Source: the human T2T-CHM13v2.0 reference genome, Homo sapiens. Taken from it: a DNA stretch of 64,000 nt. The notes under the pieces are model-generated. The model did no database searches. It was not told the DNA's origin and saw nothing but the letters and a program-made list of their open reading frames with translations. Position 1 is the first letter of the stretch. Every line of letters begins with the position of its first letter. The position numbers and the translations under genes were made by a program. The stretch lies in NCBI RefSeq assembly GCF_009914755.1, contig NC_060934.1. The stretch is one strand, 5' to 3'. Shown here one piece after another: positions 1 to 14,574 of this stretch.

Positions 1-3000
1 AGTTTAACTAAAAGTTACTCTTTTGTTTATTTAGAAAAAAAACCCAACTCCTAGTTTCATTAATCTTTTGTATTGTTTTTTCTAGTCCCTATATCATTCA
101 TATATATTCTGATCTTTTTTATTTCCTTCCTTCTGCTAACTCTTTATTATATCCTTTCTTAAGCTTAGTTTGTTCTTGTTTCCTTGTTCCTTGAGGTGTC
201 ATATTAGGTTGCTTTTATGAAATCTTTCTTTTTTCTTCATGTAGGCATTTATTGCTATAAACTTACCCCTTAGGGCTGCTGTTGCTGCATCCCATAAAAT
301 TTGGAAAGTTATATTTGCATTTTTGTTTGTCTCAAGATATCTTTTAAGATCACTATTGATTTCTTCTTTGACTCATTGGTTGTTCAGAACTATGTTATTT
401 AATTTTCACATATTTGCAAATGCTTCCAATTTTCCTCCTCTTATTGATTTCTAATTTCATTTCATCGTGGTCTGAAAAGATACTTGGTATTACTTAAATC
501 TTCTTAAATCTGTGAAGACTTTTATTTGACCTAACATGTGGATCTATCCTAACAAATATTCCATGTGCATTTGTAAAGAATGTATATTCTGCTGCTGTTG
601 GATGAAACGTTCTATATATCTCTGTTAAATTCATTTGGTCTTCAGTCTTGTTCGTGTCTTCTGTATACTTATGGATTGTTTTTGTCTGGATGACCTATCC
701 ACTGCTGAAGGTGGCAATATTGAAGTCCTCTACTATTATTGTATTGGTGAACTATTTCTCCTTTTAGCTCTCTTAATATTTGCTTTATATATTTATGTTC
801 TTAATATTGAGGGCATAACTATTTACAATTTTATGTCCTTTTGATGAATTGATATCTTTATCATTGTCTCTTGTGGCAGTTTTTGATTTAACATCTCTTT
901 TGTCTGATATAGTTACGGCTACTCCTGCTCTCTTTTGGACTATTTTTGCAGGGACTATCTTTTTCCATCCTTTCACTTTCAGCATATGAGTGTCCTTAAA
1001 GCTAAGGTTAAGTCTTTTGTAAAGAACATATAGTTTGATCTTTAAAAAAAAAAATCCATTCAACCACTATATGTCTTTTGATTGAAGAATGTAATCCATA
1101 CATTTAAAGTAATTATTTACAGGTAAAGATTTACTATTGCCATTTTATTGTTTTCTATTTTATAGCCCTTTTCTTCTTTTCTTCCTCTCTTGTTGCCTTC
1201 TTTTTGATTTGATAATTTTTTGTCGTGATTTGCTTTAACTTCTTTATCTTTATGTCTACCATCAATTTTTCCTTCGTGGTTACCACTAAGCTTACATAAG
1301 ACATCTTCAAGTCATAGCATATGTTTTAAACTGATAACAATGTAACTTCCTCCACATACAAAAACTACACTTTAACTTGTCTTCTCATATTTTTTGTAGA
1401 TGACTTCACAATTTTATCTTTTTTATTATGTATTCATTAATAAATTATTATAGCTATATTTCCAATACCTTTGTCTTTAAACTTTTATACTAGAGTTAAA
1501 AGTGAGTTGTGGAGCACTATTGGAATATAAGAATAGCTGAGTGTGATTGCATTCTGACCTTTACAGTGAGTTTAATTCTTTCATATATTTTCGCGTTGTT
1601 AGTTTCTATCATTTCATTTCAACTTAAAGGTTCTCTTTACCATTTCTTGTGAGGTAGTCCTAATGGTGATGAACTCCCTCATCTTTTGTTTGTCTGGGAA
1701 ATTCTGTCTCTCTTTTTCATTGTAAAAGTCAACTTGGCTAGTTATAGTATTCTTGGTCATTGCTGGTTTACTTTCAACACTTTGAATTTATTATTTGTCT
1801 CTCTTTTGCCCTATAAGGTTCCTGCTGAGAAACACCCTGGTAGCCTTACAGACCTTCCCTTTCATGTCATGAGTAGATTTTTGTCTTGCTGCTCTCAAAT
1901 TTCTCGCTATGTCTTTGACTTCAGAGAATTTGTTAATAACATGTTTTTGTGATGATCTCTTTATGTCTAAACTACTTGGGATTCTTTGGGCGTCATGGAT
2001 CTGAACGTTCATTTCTCTCTCCAGATTTGGGAAGTTTTCTGTTATTGTTTATGCATAATAAGCTTTTGCCTTTTCTCTTTCTCTGCTTCTTCTGGAACTC
2101 CCATAATGAATATATTGGTTCACTTAATGATGTCTCATAATTCCTGTAGGCTTTCTTTACTCTTTTAAAAATTCTTTTGTTGTTGCTCCTCTTACCAGGT
2201 AAATTTAAATGCTCTGTCTTCAAGCTTGCTGATTCTTTCTCCTGCTTTAACAAGTCTGCTGTTGAACCTCTCTATGGAATTTTTCAGTTCAGTTAATGTT
2301 TTCTTCAGTTCCAGAATTTCTGTTTGGTTCTTTTTTTCATAGTTTCTGTCTCTTTGTTAAACTTCTTGTTTTATTCATGTATTGCTTTCCTGATATCAGT
2401 TAGTTTTGTACTTGTGTTCTCCTGTAGCTCACTCAGCTTCAAGATAATTATTTTCAATTCTTTGTCAGGCAGTTCATAGATCTCCAATTCTTTGAGGCCT
2501 GTTATGGGTGCTTTATTTGGTTATCTTGATGCTATCATGTTTCCTTGATTATTTGTGAGCCTTGTTACCTTGCATTGGTAATGTAATCTGCATTTGAAGA
2601 AGTAGGCACTTCTTTCAGTCTTTATGTACTGATGTTGACAAAGAATGTCCTTCACCACTCAGTCCATCCAGAAATTCTGTGCCAGCGGCTGACAAAATCT
2701 ATGTTCAGGCTTACTTCTGGAGTTTTTGGGCAGGCTGGCTAGATAAGCATTTGGGTAGGCCTACTGCCTGGGTCCACAGGAGCTAACCTGGTGCCTGGGT
2801 CTGCAGATGCAGGCCTGGAGCCTCGATTAACTGGGCAATCCTAGTGTCTGGGTCTGCATGACAGGCATGGATCCTGGGTCAATGAGTTTGGGCCTACATC
2901 TTGGGTCTATGGGAATCAACCTGGCACAAGGGTTCACAGGCGCTTACGTGAAGCCTAGGTCTGTGAAGGCCAAACTACTTTGTACCGGGTGCCACATCAT

Positions 3001-3460
3001 TCATCCTGGAGCCTGGAGCCATGGGGGCCAGCCTGTAACCTAGGATTGCAAGTGTTGGCCTGGTTTTGGGGTGGGCCTGGAGTCTGGAGTCACATGGGCC
3101 AGCCTGGAGCTCAGGTCTCTATGAGCCTGCCTGAAGGGGTTCACTGGGATGGGCCAGTGTTGGGGTCTACAGCGAAACTTGGTGCTGCTCACTTTACTCA
3201 CCTGGAGGGTATATTTCTCTGCACTGGGTTGCATAGGCTTGGAGAAGACTTGATGTGGGTAATGTGAAATTTTCTTACCTATCTTCTTCAATTTGTCTTT
3301 TCTTATTTCTGGGCTCCACTTAGGTGCTATAATCTCTCACCTGGATCTCTTAGTTCTTGTGAAGGTATTTTTGTCCATGGATGGTTGTATAAATTGATTT
3401 TCTGAGAGTGGACAAGTACTGGAAACTCCTATTCTGCCATATTGCTGCCATTACTCTACC
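1..3460 (-). mobile_element. Old L1 (L1M-type) 5' portion: 5'UTR, degenerate ORF1, inter-ORF region, ORF2 endonuclease start; runs off window start
   Basis: ORF 785..1063(-) resembles L1 ORF2 EN (LKVKGWKKI...QKRAGVAVTISDK); ORFs 1791..2012 and 1993..2253(-) resemble ORF1p (IHDAQRIP...LRAARQK); GC-richer repetitive 5'UTR ~2700-3460. Confidence 0.88.
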
Positions 3461-4117
3461 TGCACGATTAAGGCTTTTGAAATATTACTTGGTTCTATTT
3501 TGATAGAGGAAATAAACTTGATGGCCAGTTCAATGTCTCCATGAAAAGCCAGGTACTTTGTGTACTATAAAACTGCAAGGGTTGGCATGCATAGTCTGCA
3601 GTCTAGAAATGGTTCTGAATGAACCCATATCTAGAAATCCTAGATAATCCGAAGCATTTAGGGAGGTGGGGAGGGGAGCTGTTGACAGTGACCATTAGGA
3701 GGAATTAACATTAACTAAGAACATGTTACATGAATTTCTTTGAGGAACAAGATGGAGGAAACAAGAACTGAAATCAACAATTTTGTTGTTACTTCAAAGT
3801 GAAAAATCAGGAAGAAGTTTTGGGCTTTTTGGTTTTTGATTTTCAGCTTTTGTTTGTTTGTTTGTTTTTTGTCTATCTTCCCCTCTTCATATACACATTT
3901 CAGCTCCTGTTCTTTCTGGAGCTGTGGAGAGCCTCTGTATATGGTCAACACAAATTTTTATATTGGTAATTTTATGAACATAATTTGCAGCTGATAACAG
4001 AGTTGTCACTTGTTGCTTTTTTCCCCCAAGGAATGGTTTCGTTGTGGTTTATAATCCCCAGTGGTGCCAATAAAATTAAGAAGTCTATGACATGTGATAT
4101 ATGTTAACACATGTAAA

Positions 4118-4351
4118 TATATTTTAATTTTGTATACAAAATCTATTTGATGTATTTTACCTTGACAGCTGGTTACAAGTATAAATATGGTAACTCTTTG
4201 GTGATTGACAATATTATAGTTTGCTTCCTAAGAACTGATGGATATATTTTAATATAAAAATCCCTTCATATATTTTAACTTGATAGCTGGTTGGAATTGT
4301 AAAGGGAAAGTATTTGGTGATTGACAATATTATAGTTTTCTTCCTAGGAAC
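4118..4351. repeat. Diverged tandem duplication, period ~116 bp
   Basis: 4197-4235 vs 4313-4351 identical at 37/39; upstream parts align more loosely. Confidence 0.85.
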
Positions 4352-5519
4352 CAGAGATTAGTAAACTCACATGAATTTCTGAATGCTTCTATCTCTTCCC
4401 TTCATTTCTTCTATTAACCGTCTAGTTTGCAAATACAAGCCGATATCCTCATAGTGAACTATGTGGTCTACTACCACCAATTTTATTCAGAGGAAGTCTG
4501 TTATGTAAAACCTGTCATTGTGCTGTAGCAGCTGACAGACAGTTACATTACCAAATAACTTACCACAACTTTTAATTTTCAGATTATCAATTGCTGCCAC
4601 ACATGGTTTTGTTAAAAAATCTGACAAGTATTTGTATTAAAGAAGGTAGTTTATAGTATATGACCTGTATCATGACTTACAAAATAGAACTCGTGCAAAA
4701 CATAATTTGAATTGTTCTGAGACCTCATCAAGTTGTTCAAGCAACTTGTCCACCACCAACACTGAGCTATTCACAATAACTGCAAACCCGCAGTTAAATA
4801 ATTCAATTCTTCATGAATAGAAGAAGTGGAATATATATAAGGTTAGTGAGAGATCACGATGAGGAGGTGGGTCTTCAAATCCTTATGGATAAAAGATCAT
4901 AAATTTCAGATCTATTTGATTAATATGTAGAGATAACAGTACATAACGTTATAACAAAGATGACATATACCATTATCATTTGCACCCTGAAGACAGCATT
5001 AAACTACAAATGTTCAATGCCCTACAGGCATACCCATCAACTCCAACCTTTCCTTTTGGGTCCAAAATATTAACTAAAAGATGATGAAGTAGAATATTTT
5101 ATGGAGTACCTTACACATTCAAGTTTTATGGAATGTTTCACAAGCAATTATAGCTTCTTTGTGCATCCTTTATTACTGTGACACTTCCAATTAAACAAAA
5201 CAACCACTTGCAACCAATAGGAGGTTAACATTTTTACAAAGTGCTTGTTGCATCAGAATGTAAGGAGAAATATATCAAACCAAGAACTTTGGACCCTCAG
5301 GTTTTTGTTATCTATTATCCTGTAGTTAGGATCAATAATGTACCTTAACTCAAACAAGAATAAGGCAGATAGATACATGTCATACATTTAGGCCTGAAGC
5401 ACAATTTTAAAGTTATATAAATCTCCTAGCATTAGTCCAAGATTAACTTGTAAATACTTCATAGAAAAGGCGTCAAGGGATAAAAATTTGAACAAATATA
5501 AGTGATTCATTGGTTTTCT

Positions 5520-5670
5520 GCAAACTTTTAAGCATTCGTCTTATAGTACTGACTCTTTCAGCCATCACAACAACCCAATGATATTGACTGTTACACTCTC
5601 ATTTAGCAGGTTAGGTAACTGAGGTACACAGAGTTTAAGTAACTTAGTCACATCACTAGGAAGTCATTTT
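5520..5670 (-). mobile_element. MIR fragment
   Basis: taactgaggtacacagagtttaagtaacttagtccacatcac resembles the MIR core. Confidence 0.55.
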
Positions 5671-5946
5671 ATTCTACTAGGAAATGAATTATCGCATCGT
5701 GTGTGATTCCTATGTCAATTTACATCTCATTTTATGAATTGCAATAGAGGAATATAATATAAATCTATTTATGAAATCTTCCAATTAAAATAACAGAGGC
5801 TTTGGTATTACACTAAAAGTAGCATGATTTGAGGTGGCCACCACCCTGCTCTAAGGCATAGGTGCTGGAATTTTCGCACAGACAGAACAGGTCTTTTCTT
5901 CCTCAACCTCCTTGTTTAAGTATAAAATCCAATGAGGGAGAGTACA

Positions 5947-6554
5947 TAGCAGATCCTTGAATAAAGTTGTTCTGTTCAACATCATTCTTCAATGTTGATG
6001 AGAAAAGAAACACAAAAAAACTGATTCGTGGCCAGGGCCGTTGTCTGTGTGGAGTTCGCACGTTCTCCCCATGTCTGTGTAGGCTTTTTCTGGGTACTTC
6101 GGTTTCCTCCCACATTCCAAAGATGTGCACATCAGATTTACTGCATGTCGACATGGTCTCAGTATGATTGAGTGTGGGTGTATGTGGGAATGTGCCCTAG
6201 GATGGGATGACATCTGGTCCAGGGTTGGTACTTGCCTCACTCCCTTAGCTGCCAGGAAAGGCTCAGTCCACCTGTGACCCAGAATCAAAATAACTGGATA
6301 AATAATTATCTTATCTGTTTTTGTTAACCTTTCTTAAATGTACGTAGAGCTCAATTTTATTTAAATATTTAATATCAGAAGTGTTTTTGGAACACTTTAT
6401 TTAGAAGTTTGGTGAGGTTTTGTATCCAGAAATATACCACAGGAACTTAATTCTTACTGATATCAATTAGCCAGTGCTGAAATTGTTGCCTTACCTATTT
6501 TACTTTAAAGTCGCAGTTTCCAAGAACCTGGAGATGTTAAGTGAGGACTTATCG
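5947..6554 (+). mobile_element. MER6/MER6A (TcMar-Tigger) non-autonomous DNA transposon
   Basis: Termini tagcagatccttgaataa...gttaagtgaggacttatcg form degenerate TIRs; internal gtggagttcgcacgttctccccatgtctg...ggtttcctcccacattccaaagatg. Confidence 0.8.
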
Positions 6555-6902
6555 GATAATTGTGAAAACTGTCATCTGGTGGCAATTTTAACTTGTTTAT
6601 GGGGATTGTCAGCATTCCTACAGAGTGATTGCCTTAGAAATGACCTCAAGAGAAGTAAAAATAATACTGCCTAACTTTCTGTCTTCTAATGTATCTTTTG
6701 TAAGGCTGGACACATAATGACTGCAAAAATATGTTGTAAACAGTCTGTAACATTTGGAATTGCGAGACCTATACTACCCATGTGGCTTTAGGCAAATTGC
6801 CCAGCCTTATTAAATACTTCATTTAATAAATGGAAATAACACTAATTGCACCATTATTCTTTTTAAAGTTAGTGCAAGAATACAACAAAGAAAATACATG
6901 AA

Positions 6903-7200
6903 GGTTGGGTGCAGTGGCTCACACCTGTAATCCCAGCACTTTGGGAGGCCAAGGCGGGTGGATCACTTGAGACCAGGAGTTCAAGACCAGCCTAGCCAAC
7001 ATGGTGAAACCATGTCTCTACTAAAAATACTAAAATTAGCTGGGCATGGTGGTGCACACCTGTAATCCCAGCCACTCAGGAGGCTGAGACAGGAGGATCA
7101 CTTGAGTCTGGGAGGCAGAGTTTGCAGTGAGCCAAAATCGTGCCACTACACTCCAGCCTGGGTGAAAGAGCAAGACTCTGTCTCAGAGAAAAAAAAACAA
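6903..7200 (+). mobile_element. AluS-type, full length
   Basis: Dimeric Alu consensus with A-rich linker and tail. Confidence 0.93.
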
Positions 7201-7780
7201 AAAGGAATATAATATAATTAGTGAAGGCCTATATAGATACTGGTTAATTTCACCATTATCAGAATAATATTTTTTCAGATTAGTAAATACATAGTTATGG
7301 TTAATAAATCTATAATGATTGAATGGGATTTATTCCTGACAAGATCTACAATGATAGAATCCCCTAAATGACTCGATGAGGCTTACAGATGTAAAAACAG
7401 ATTATTCACACGACTAGAGACCACCTATGGAAAGCAGCCCAAGGAAAGTTTTCAAGGTACAAGAACAAAGCTGTTGATTACAACTGATCTCAGAATTTGA
7501 CTCTGGTTTTACTAGTTGTTAAGGCAAAATGGAGTGGCCATGTATTCGCTATTATTTGAGATTCAAAGAACAAAATATGTTTGCTTCTCTTACTTGATTC
7601 TTTTAAATGAAGGTGTCTTTCTCAGTCCCAAATTATCTGCATAAATGACCACTTTTCTGCAAAGGCAGATGAGCAGATGAGTGCTATTTATAGTAGAATC
7701 ACATAGTAAGCAAAGGAGACATTGTATGATTAGCTCTTCAAATGGCTACAAAGACATGTAAATAAAATAGTTAAAACATA

Positions 7781-8290
7781 TACCTGAAGGATTATAAATC
7801 ATTCTACTATAAAGACACGTGCACACATATGTTTATTGCAGCACTATTCACAATAGCAAAGACTTGGAACCAACCCAAATGCCCATCAATGATAGACTGG
7901 ATAAAGAAAATGTAGCACATAAACCCCATGGAATACTATGCAGCCATAAAAAAGGATGAGTTAACGTCCTTTGCACGGATGTGGATGAAGCTGGAAACCA
8001 TCATTCTCAGCAAACTAATACAGGAACAGAAAACCAAACACTGCATGTTCTCATTCATAAGTGGGAGTTGAGCAATGAGAACACATGGACACAGGGAGGG
8101 GAACATCACACACGGGGGCCGGTCAGGGGGTGGGGGGCTTCGGGAGGGATAGCATTAGGAGAAGTACCTAATGTAGATGACGCATTGATGGGTGCAGCAA
8201 ACCACCATGGCACGTGTATACCTATGTAACAAACCTGCACGTTCTGCACAAGTATCCCAGAACTTGAAGTATAATAATAAAAATAAAAAC
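7781..8290 (+). mobile_element. L1PA (approx. PA7-8) 3' end, 5'-truncated
   Basis: ORF2 C-terminus plus 3'UTR with G-tract, ending ...cagaacttgaagtataataataa; possible TSD aaacatat (near 7774 and 8611). Confidence 0.9.
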
Positions 8291-8612
8291 GGCCAGGCGT
8301 GGTGGCACACGCCTGTAATCCCAGCACTTTGGGAGGCCGAGGCAGACAGATCACGAGGTCAGGAGATCGAGACCATCCTGGCTAACACAGTAAAACCCCC
8401 TCTCTACTAAAAATACAAAAAATTAGCCGGGCGTGGTGGAGGGCGCCTGTAGTCTCAGCTTCTCAGGAGGCTGAAGCAGGAGAATGGCTGAACCTGGGAG
8501 GCGGATCTTGCAGTGAGCAGAGATCGCGCCACTGCACTCCAGCCTGGGCGACAGAGCGAGACTCCATCTCAAAAAAATAAAAATATAAATAAATAAATGA
8601 ACAAACAAACAA
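8291..8612 (+). mobile_element. AluY inserted in the L1 poly(A) tail
   Basis: AluY diagnostics gatcacgaggtcaggagatcgagaccatcctggctaacac. Confidence 0.93.
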
Positions 8613-8679
8613 ACATATTGCTTAAATTACCCCAAAAAATGAAGGACCAGAAAAATAACATATATATATATATATAAAA

Positions 8680-8680
<1 letters not shown>

Positions 8681-8728
<48 letters not shown>
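8681..8728. repeat. (ATCT)12 tetranucleotide STR, preceded by (TA)n
   Basis: Direct count. Confidence 0.97.
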
Positions 8729-8729
<1 letters not shown>

Positions 8730-11503
8730 ATCTTTAGCTGGGAATGCCCAGAACAGCCAAAGAAAAGAAGTAAATGTCTAATGGGGTGTTGGTATCTGTG
8801 AGTACCTTTAAAGCTTTGGAGTTTTGTTGCATTAATTTGCATAACTCTTTCTTATTTAACACCTAATTACATTGCCCTGAAAGCTTGTAAGGTTTCTCTC
8901 CACTCAATTATTAACCACTACTGAAGTGATATTTTTAAAATCTGGAAAATTAAGGAGAACTAGGTAAAGCCTATCATTAGATGGGCTTCACCAAGAAGTC
9001 AAGAATTTTATTTCTTGGTCATTAGAAACTGACGTGAGATATTGATATAAGTAACTTTCAATATGACCAAGAAAAACAAACAATATTCCCTGAATTAGTA
9101 AAATTAAACTCATTTTGTAGAGTAGTAGGGTTTTTTTCCTTCTTGGGGTTTTTATTTTTTTTTTCATGTTAAGTCTTCGTGGTGGTGGTACTAATAGTGG
9201 TAGTAGTAATAGTAGTGCCAGACATGCTAATAATTGTGGTGGCAGTTTCTTGTTCATTTTGGTTGTAGCAACCGTAATACTCATAGTGACATAACTTATT
9301 TTAATATTCTAGTAATAAAATAATTAAAAACCATATCTATGGCTTTTACATGTTAACAAATTCTTCTGTATTTCTACTTACTTCTTTGGAAACAATTTGA
9401 AATTTCACCTTTGACATTTGATAAATTGTAGATTTGGGAAACATTTTCCCGATCAAAAGAAATAACAGTTAATGGTTTCTGTGATTTAAAAATTGGGTTA
9501 TTGAGAGTGGGAGCAGTTTCTTGGCAAATCTATGTAGAAACATTGAGGGGAAAGTACATATATCTTATTTACTTAAATACTAACAGTAAGTTTGAAGTGT
9601 CTGAAATCATCAATGCTCTTACATTTTGCAACAGTGTATTTCTAGGGATTGCTGCTGTTCTTCTTACAAAGTTGTCTTGGAGAATGGATTTTGTATTTAT
9701 TTAAAATTATCTTCCTTCCTTGAATAACTGCCCTCCATCCTCCAAGTTAAGCAGTTTCTTCTATTTGTACTTGGAGAATATAAAGAAGAAAAATAACCTA
9801 CTTGGAGCTATTTTCTCTGAAATAACACTTTCAGAGTCTAATTCAAACATTTCTCTTCAGAGATGGTATCTATAGAATTTTTGTATTCATTCTAATGATA
9901 AATTATAAATGCATGCTGGAGAGGATAGGAGAAAAAATAGAGACCCTGGAAAAGAGTTACTCTTCATATTTATAATGTTAAGGATGTAATATTGGACTTT
10001 GAATATTAGGAGTATGACTCTGAAAATCTAGAAGGAAATATAATAAAAGCAATGACCAAATCACCATAATATGTTTAATACGCTTGAGCTATGTGAAATT
10101 ACAAATGTACAAAATTCTGCTTAAAGCATCAGGTATTTGTTTTGAAAGATAGTGCTTGGCAAATAAGAAACAAGGAGTCACATAAGAAACAGAAAGTCAT
10201 GATGATAAAAGTACACATTGAAGATTTTTACAGTTAAAAATTTTTTTAGATGAATAGCTAGAGTTCAATTATGCTTTTGATGAAAAGTTAAAAGGTATTC
10301 AAAGGAAAGAAGATATTGCCAAAAAGAGAGAAATTAATTTCTAAGTAAATAACTACAGGTTTAATTCTGCAATAACTTACCTAGACATCACAATTTTGAA
10401 TTTGAAACAATGAAGACTGCAATCTGCCAATGAAATATTTATTCAGACCATAAAATGAGTGATCAAAGTTTAACATTTTTTGAGCTTTAAATATTATTAT
10501 CTTATTAATTCCTGTGAAAGTAGAAAAATGATTTATATTAGTGTCGTGTATCTAATTAACTGATGACTGCCCAAACATTACAATTGCATTGTCACAAATA
10601 ATTTGCCTTGCATTTTATTTGTGTGTGTGCATTTGCATGTGTAATCTCAATTGTGTATTTCTTAGATTAGTATTAAAATTAGTTAGCAATCCCTGAGCTG
10701 ACTCTCCTTTCAGGCAGCTAAAGACCTTGAAAGCAAGAAGCCAGCACAGGATTAACAATTTGTCATGGATAATCCACAAAGTAAATAAACCTAGTGTGAA
10801 TAATTGAAAGTGGGTTAGACATGTAACATAGGAGCTATTGAAAGTTAATTCAAAGCCAAAGTTCTCCATAATAAATTCCCTCTCGTTATCCAACTGCTAG
10901 AATAGACTGGCATTGATTAAATCTCTAAATAGAGAGGCATTTGTGCATTGCCAATGTTTTACCACCTTACCTGCAAACATATAGACTTTATCTTCTTGAC
11001 AGTGTGCTGATAATATAGAGGCTTGAGCAAACCAACAATTTGAAAACGTCACCATGGGTGTTTAGCCCCCTTTCAACTTTCAAGAAAAAAAAAAAGAATC
11101 AAAACATTTTCTGCATTTTACCAGATGTCGTTTCTAAAATTCCTATGCTGAGATGGTAGCTTACATAAATACCATGAAAATGAATTCACTAATTAAAAGG
11201 ACTTGTGTGGTAAGCTATTGTTAAAATAACAAGGGATTAATAATAGCAAATTGAATATTTGAATTACTTATAATACTGTATTAGCATTTTTAGCCTAATA
11301 ATCTCATCCAGATAATGGTCACTTTCCCCCCAATTAAAATTGTACATGTTATAGATTTCGGATTTGCAAGGTTCTACCAAATTATACAAGAATTTGTTAC
11401 TTAATCCAGACCAAGTATTGTTAATTAGATACTAAGATATTAAATATGTTCCTTTTTTTCCAGCTACCATGACATTTTATTTTCATAATATGACTGTAAT
11501 TGA

Positions 11504-11707
<204 letters not shown>

Positions 11708-13714
11708 TGAGTAGCCTATTTTTTGCTGCATGTATATTTTTAAACCTCAAGCATCAGATTCATGTTAATGTTTTTGTAAACTGTTTATTTTTTGGTGTGT
11801 AAACTGCTTGATGCAAATGGTCTGAGAGGACAAATATTATACTGCTAAGATTTATAAAGTACACAAATGGCATTCATTCATTCAACACATTTATTAACAT
11901 CTACTATACACAGTAAAACTGAGTTGCTGTAGACAAGACCTCAGACAAAGCAAACGCGTTTATTTGATGCTATTTCAATAAGTCAGTTTTCCAATTTTCC
12001 CATCAGAAAAAAATGGAAATAAGAATAATTTTGTTAGTTCTGATCTTCCAGTTGAGGCAAGTGCCATAATATATTGACATTAAATTTCCAAAACTTATGA
12101 CTTGTATGTATCAATAAGATGAACACATATTTTAAGAAGTATAAAGTAGTTAGTTGTGGGTAGTTCAACTGAAGAAAATAAAGTTTTCTTGACTTTAGAA
12201 AATGAGTGAGAGCCTGTCAAGATTTATCAAATATACCAAGAGCAATGTATCCCTGCTATTACTTTTTGGGACATATAAAATAGAGAAAAAAACTATAATA
12301 AATCATTAAGTGGTGCCAAAATCCAAGCGAGAAATTCAAGGTCTTGGAGACATAAATGAATTTTCATCTCAACATCTTATTGAAAGCTGTAACTTTGGTA
12401 GAGAAAATAAATTATAGGTAACAAAGAGTTTATATTGCAATGATTAAATATAGAATTTTCTGTGTATTTATCATTCAAAAATGATATTTATTTGTTTAAA
12501 AGACAATTTTATGCCTGCAAATAATACAAGCATTTGGGGTGAACAGAGTTATTTCTACTTTTATCTTATTTCTGATGATCAAGGAAGAAATTTGCTCATG
12601 GTTGGAATAGACTTGATGGTAGCTGTAGCCTTGGAGAAATATGATCACTTTGCTAAGAGCCATCTCCTGACCAGTGTGATGAAAGCCATTTTACAGGTCA
12701 AAATAGCACAATGAGGAAACTAAACATAGTTAGACATTCACCTTAGGAAATACACGTTGAACATCTTGAGTAACACCAAGGTATGATCCAATATTAGGTA
12801 ACTCTAAGTGTTAGCTGCAATAATGATTCATCTCTGTTATTTTAAGAACTATTATATTCTCTTCTCTTCCATTTTTTAAAAACTCATGAGGTGCTAACAC
12901 CCAAGGATGTGCAAGTGGACTGTAAGTACACTATTCTTGAGGCAAAACTGCAGCCAGAAACTTATCTGAAACTTATTCTATGATTACCATGCAAAATTGC
13001 CTTGGGAGTCTATCCTACGGAAACAATAAATGATTTAGTGAACACTGACTATTTTCCAAACTCCGACATTCACTAGGTGATGTTAGGGTCATTTACTCAT
13101 GGGCACATGATTCTAATGACCAAGTTTTTATACTGTTGCTATCAAAATCATAAAGCATATTAAATAAGTCTCTCTTCATATATTTTCATATACCTTGTTC
13201 CTAGGTAGCTCTTAATATTTGAATTTTACTCGTATTTGAATGATTTTTAAAAATTGATGTATACTACTCCAACTGAACTCTTAAGTTCTTTAAAAACAAG
13301 GACTGTGGCTATAAGAAATCATTTTATCTCCAGTACCCTGCATAGACACTTTATTATTTAGGACGTAGGTCCTAAATAATTATTCAATGAATGAATAAAA
13401 ATAATTACATACGTAAAGTGAGTTTTATGTCTGAGAATTGTAAAAGTATTAATACTCAAGAATGCATGTATTTTTTACCCACTGAAATATCTTCTGTGTA
13501 ATGACTTATTCCATAGGAATCAAATATTGAGGAATATTGAGTTCAAACAATATGATAATGAAAACTTACGTTTTATTAAATGAATGAAACACTTTTAAAC
13601 ACTGTAAGACTCTTCACGAAGCCCTTTTAATACCACAACAACTTGCTGAAATATTTTCAAGTTTAGTTAGAATCATTGACAGGATACTTAAAGATTGGAA
13701 ACTCAACAATTTAG

Positions 13715-14134
<420 letters not shown>

Positions 14135-14574
14135 AACAGTGTGGTTTTTAACAACCTGCTACTAACAAAATATTAGGAATCCCTTCCTCAGAATTGGCAT
14201 TAAAAACTTTAATTTATATAGCCCTCTTATTTTCATAAATAATCAAGCGTAAGTATATTTTCTTGTATTTAATGCAGGAATCGCTTGAAGGCAAAAACTA
14301 TACTCCCCATGTTATAGGAAAGGAAACGGGTTCATGCAGATTAATTGTGTCCAAGTTCACATGGAAAGTTTTATAGAGACAAGATGCAAGTCTAAGTCTT
14401 CTGCCCTCTGGTTCATTGTTTTCACTGCATCACCAGAGTGCGATAGAAACTAGAAAATAAGGAATAGACTAGAGCTTGAGGGTTGTAGACATGTGTGAAG
14501 GAAAAAGAAGTTAGGAGGCATTTCACAATCAGAAAATTCCTATACTTATAAAATCATGGGAGGTTTCCTGGCTA

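Noticed and set aside
785-2253. ORFs similar to endonuclease and RNA-binding proteins
   Set aside because: Frameshifted fossils of L1 ORF2/ORF1, not functional genes
2700-3200. Semi-regular GC-rich repeats (cctgg...ggg) suggesting an array or CpG island
   Set aside because: Lie in the 5'UTR of the old antisense L1; CpG-poor, with no repeat-spacer structure
8988-9284. 98-aa ORF with a signal-peptide-like Leu stretch
   Set aside because: Arises from a (TAG/TGG)n low-complexity tract; no splice or homology support
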